DNA of 64,000 nucleotides from the human T2T-CHM13v2.0 reference genome, Homo sapiens, in assembly GCF_009914755.1 (NCBI RefSeq), contig NC_060941.1; one strand, 5' to 3'. This document shows, piece after piece, positions 61,998 through 64,000 of the stretch. How positions within the stretch are numbered: position 1 is the stretch's first letter; each line of letters begins with the position of its first letter. Under the pieces are notes generated by a model, which made no database searches, was not told the origin of the DNA, and was given only the letters and a program-made list of their open reading frames with translations. Made by a program: the position numbers and the translations under genes.

Positions 61998-62604
61998 GTA
62001 AGAGCAGTTCATTATTATTATTATTATCAGTTGTATTTCCTGATTTTTTTTTAAAGAAGCAATTTAGGCCTCATGTAAGCAATTTGGAAAAGAGAAAACA
62101 GTATTAAGAAAATAATGAGCCGCCATAATCCTAGCATTCAAAGGTAATCACTGTTCATATTTTGGCATATTGTCCTCAAACCTTTTCTCTATGCATTTGT
62201 TTTTTTTTACAACAGCTGATATTAGGAAGCATAAAACATGTTGTGTCCTGGTCCCCCCAACCAGCCCCGCATCATATTATAAGCATTTCCCCACGTCAAT
62301 GTGAGTTCTGCAAATAGCATTTACAATTGCTGCACATATCCTTCTGTTTGTCTTCAGTATTCTCCCAGCTTTGAGTATTTAGGTTGAGCAAATCCATTTT
62401 TCTTTTTCCTTTCCTTTCCTTTCCCTTCTGTTTCCTTTTTCCTTTCATTACAAAAATGTTGAACGCTAATTGTTTTTTTAAAATACAATTCAAAGAAGTG
62501 AAATGCAAACTACAAATCACTCTACTTCCAACAGCTGCAGATCATCCTCATTCACATTTGGGGGCTTATACTTCCAGACATTTTTCTACCATTGTTTGCA
62601 TACA

Positions 62605-62912
62605 GTTTTTTGTTTGTTTGTTTGTTTGTTTTTTGAGATGGGGTCTCGCTCTGTCGCCCAGGCTGAAGTGCAGTGGTGAGATCTTGGCTCACTGCAACCT
62701 CTGCCTCCCGGGTTCAAGTGATTTTCCTGCCTCAGCCTCCTGAGTAGCTGGGATTACAGGTACGTGCCACCACCCGGCTAATTTTTGTATTTTAGTAGAG
62801 ATGGGGTTTCACCATGTTGGCCAGGCTGGTCTTGAACTCCTGACCTCAAGTGATCTACCCGCCTCGGCCTCCCAAAGTGCTGAGATTATAGGCATGAGCC
62901 ACTGTACCAGGC
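62605..62912 (-). mobile_element. Alu (S-type)
   Basis: TSD catacagttttt. Confidence 0.92.
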
Positions 62913-63425
62913 CTACATACAGTTTTTTTTTTTAAACAAACACAGGCACATACTATAAATATTATTTTGTAATCTGCTTTCTTCATAACAAAATACACTA
63001 ATAACACAGCTGACATCACTATGGAGCACTTGCTCTGCACTGGGTTGAGTGCCAGGTGCCCCCGTTCCTCATATTTTCTCCTTCTGTGTTCTCAGCAACC
63101 CTATAGACTGAGGTTCTCTTGTTAATCCCCTTTTACAGATGAGTAAACTGAGTCTCGGAGAAGTTGAGCAACATTCGTCCATGTTAGTAAATGTAGATCC
63201 ATGGTATAATATTTAAGGGCTTTAAGGGTTTATTGTAATGTCTTTAACTATCCTCTATCGTTGGGCATGCTGGTAGCTTGCTTTATTCTATCCAAGAAGA
63301 TTAGACCTTCGTCCTCTTTCCAAGTTTCCATTTGGATACTGGGCTATGGGCAGTATAAAAGGATGATGGGAAGGAACCCCAGTTCCACTTGTCTGAATAA
63401 CGAAAGTAGCTTAAGGAATGGCTCA

Positions 63426-63725
63426 GACTGGGCACGGTAGCTCACGCCTGTAACCCCAACACTTTGGGAGGCTGAGGTGGGCAGATCACAAGGTCAGGAG
63501 TTCAAGTCCGGCCTGGCCAACGTGGTGAAACCCCGTCTGTACTAAAAAATACAAAAATTATCTGGGCATGGTGGTGTGTGCCTGTAATGCCAGTTGCTCA
63601 GGAGGCTGAGGCAGGAGAATTGCTTGAACCTGGAGGTGGAGGTTGCAGTGAGCCAAGATCACGCCATTGCACTCCAGTCTGGGCAGTAGAGTGAGGATCT
63701 GTCTCAAAAAAAAAAAAAAAAAAAA
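63426..63725 (+). mobile_element. Alu (Sg-type)
   Basis: TSD aaggaatggct. Confidence 0.92.
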
Positions 63726-64000
63726 GGAATGGCTGTCTTCCTCCTTCGTTCCATGGGCAGGGTGAGTCCCTGTTCATGGTCTTGGAATTCTAAACCCCTC
63801 CAATCCCCATGTAGGGCAGGCTGTGGTACCAGGTCTCATGAGGGTTCACCTCAGGCTTTCTTTGTTGCAAGCCTGGGGCTAGACAGGCAGATAACCCCTG
63901 CCAGATTTCCTACATCCAGGTTCCCCTAGAGGCTGCCTTCAGGCCCTCATGGATTGTAAATGTGAGCCCAATCAATGGTTTCATGGAATTCTTGCCATCT

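Overview
Human (Alu/L1/MIR/LTR-dense primate) genomic DNA, recognised from the encoded proteins as the DHRS7C-GSG1L2-GLP2R locus (17p13.1, from memory, not verified). It holds the complete six-exon CDS of DHRS7C (- strand, 27002->7212; 311 aa, or 312 aa via a NAGNAG acceptor) and the complete five-exon CDS of GSG1L2 (- strand, 57818->38098; 293 aa). It also holds the first coding exon of GLP2R (+ strand, 61809-61997), head-to-head with GSG1L2. All exon junctions were traced by hand (GT-AG, phases consistent). The rest is about 40 Alus, MaLR/ERV solo LTRs, L1 fragments, MIRs, hAT MITEs and microsatellites; repeat boundaries and subfamilies are by eye and approximate. I see no prokaryotic-type system (CRISPR, operon) and no evidence for a new protein-coding gene. 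The most interesting unexplained structures are: a perfect 26-bp inverted repeat inside an old MIR; a 44-bp flank shared by two Alu tails 44 kb apart; a competing frameshifting donor at DHRS7C exon 3; a sense-oriented LTR12 just upstream of GSG1L2 exon 3; and a strong splice acceptor plus uORFs ahead of the GLP2R start.
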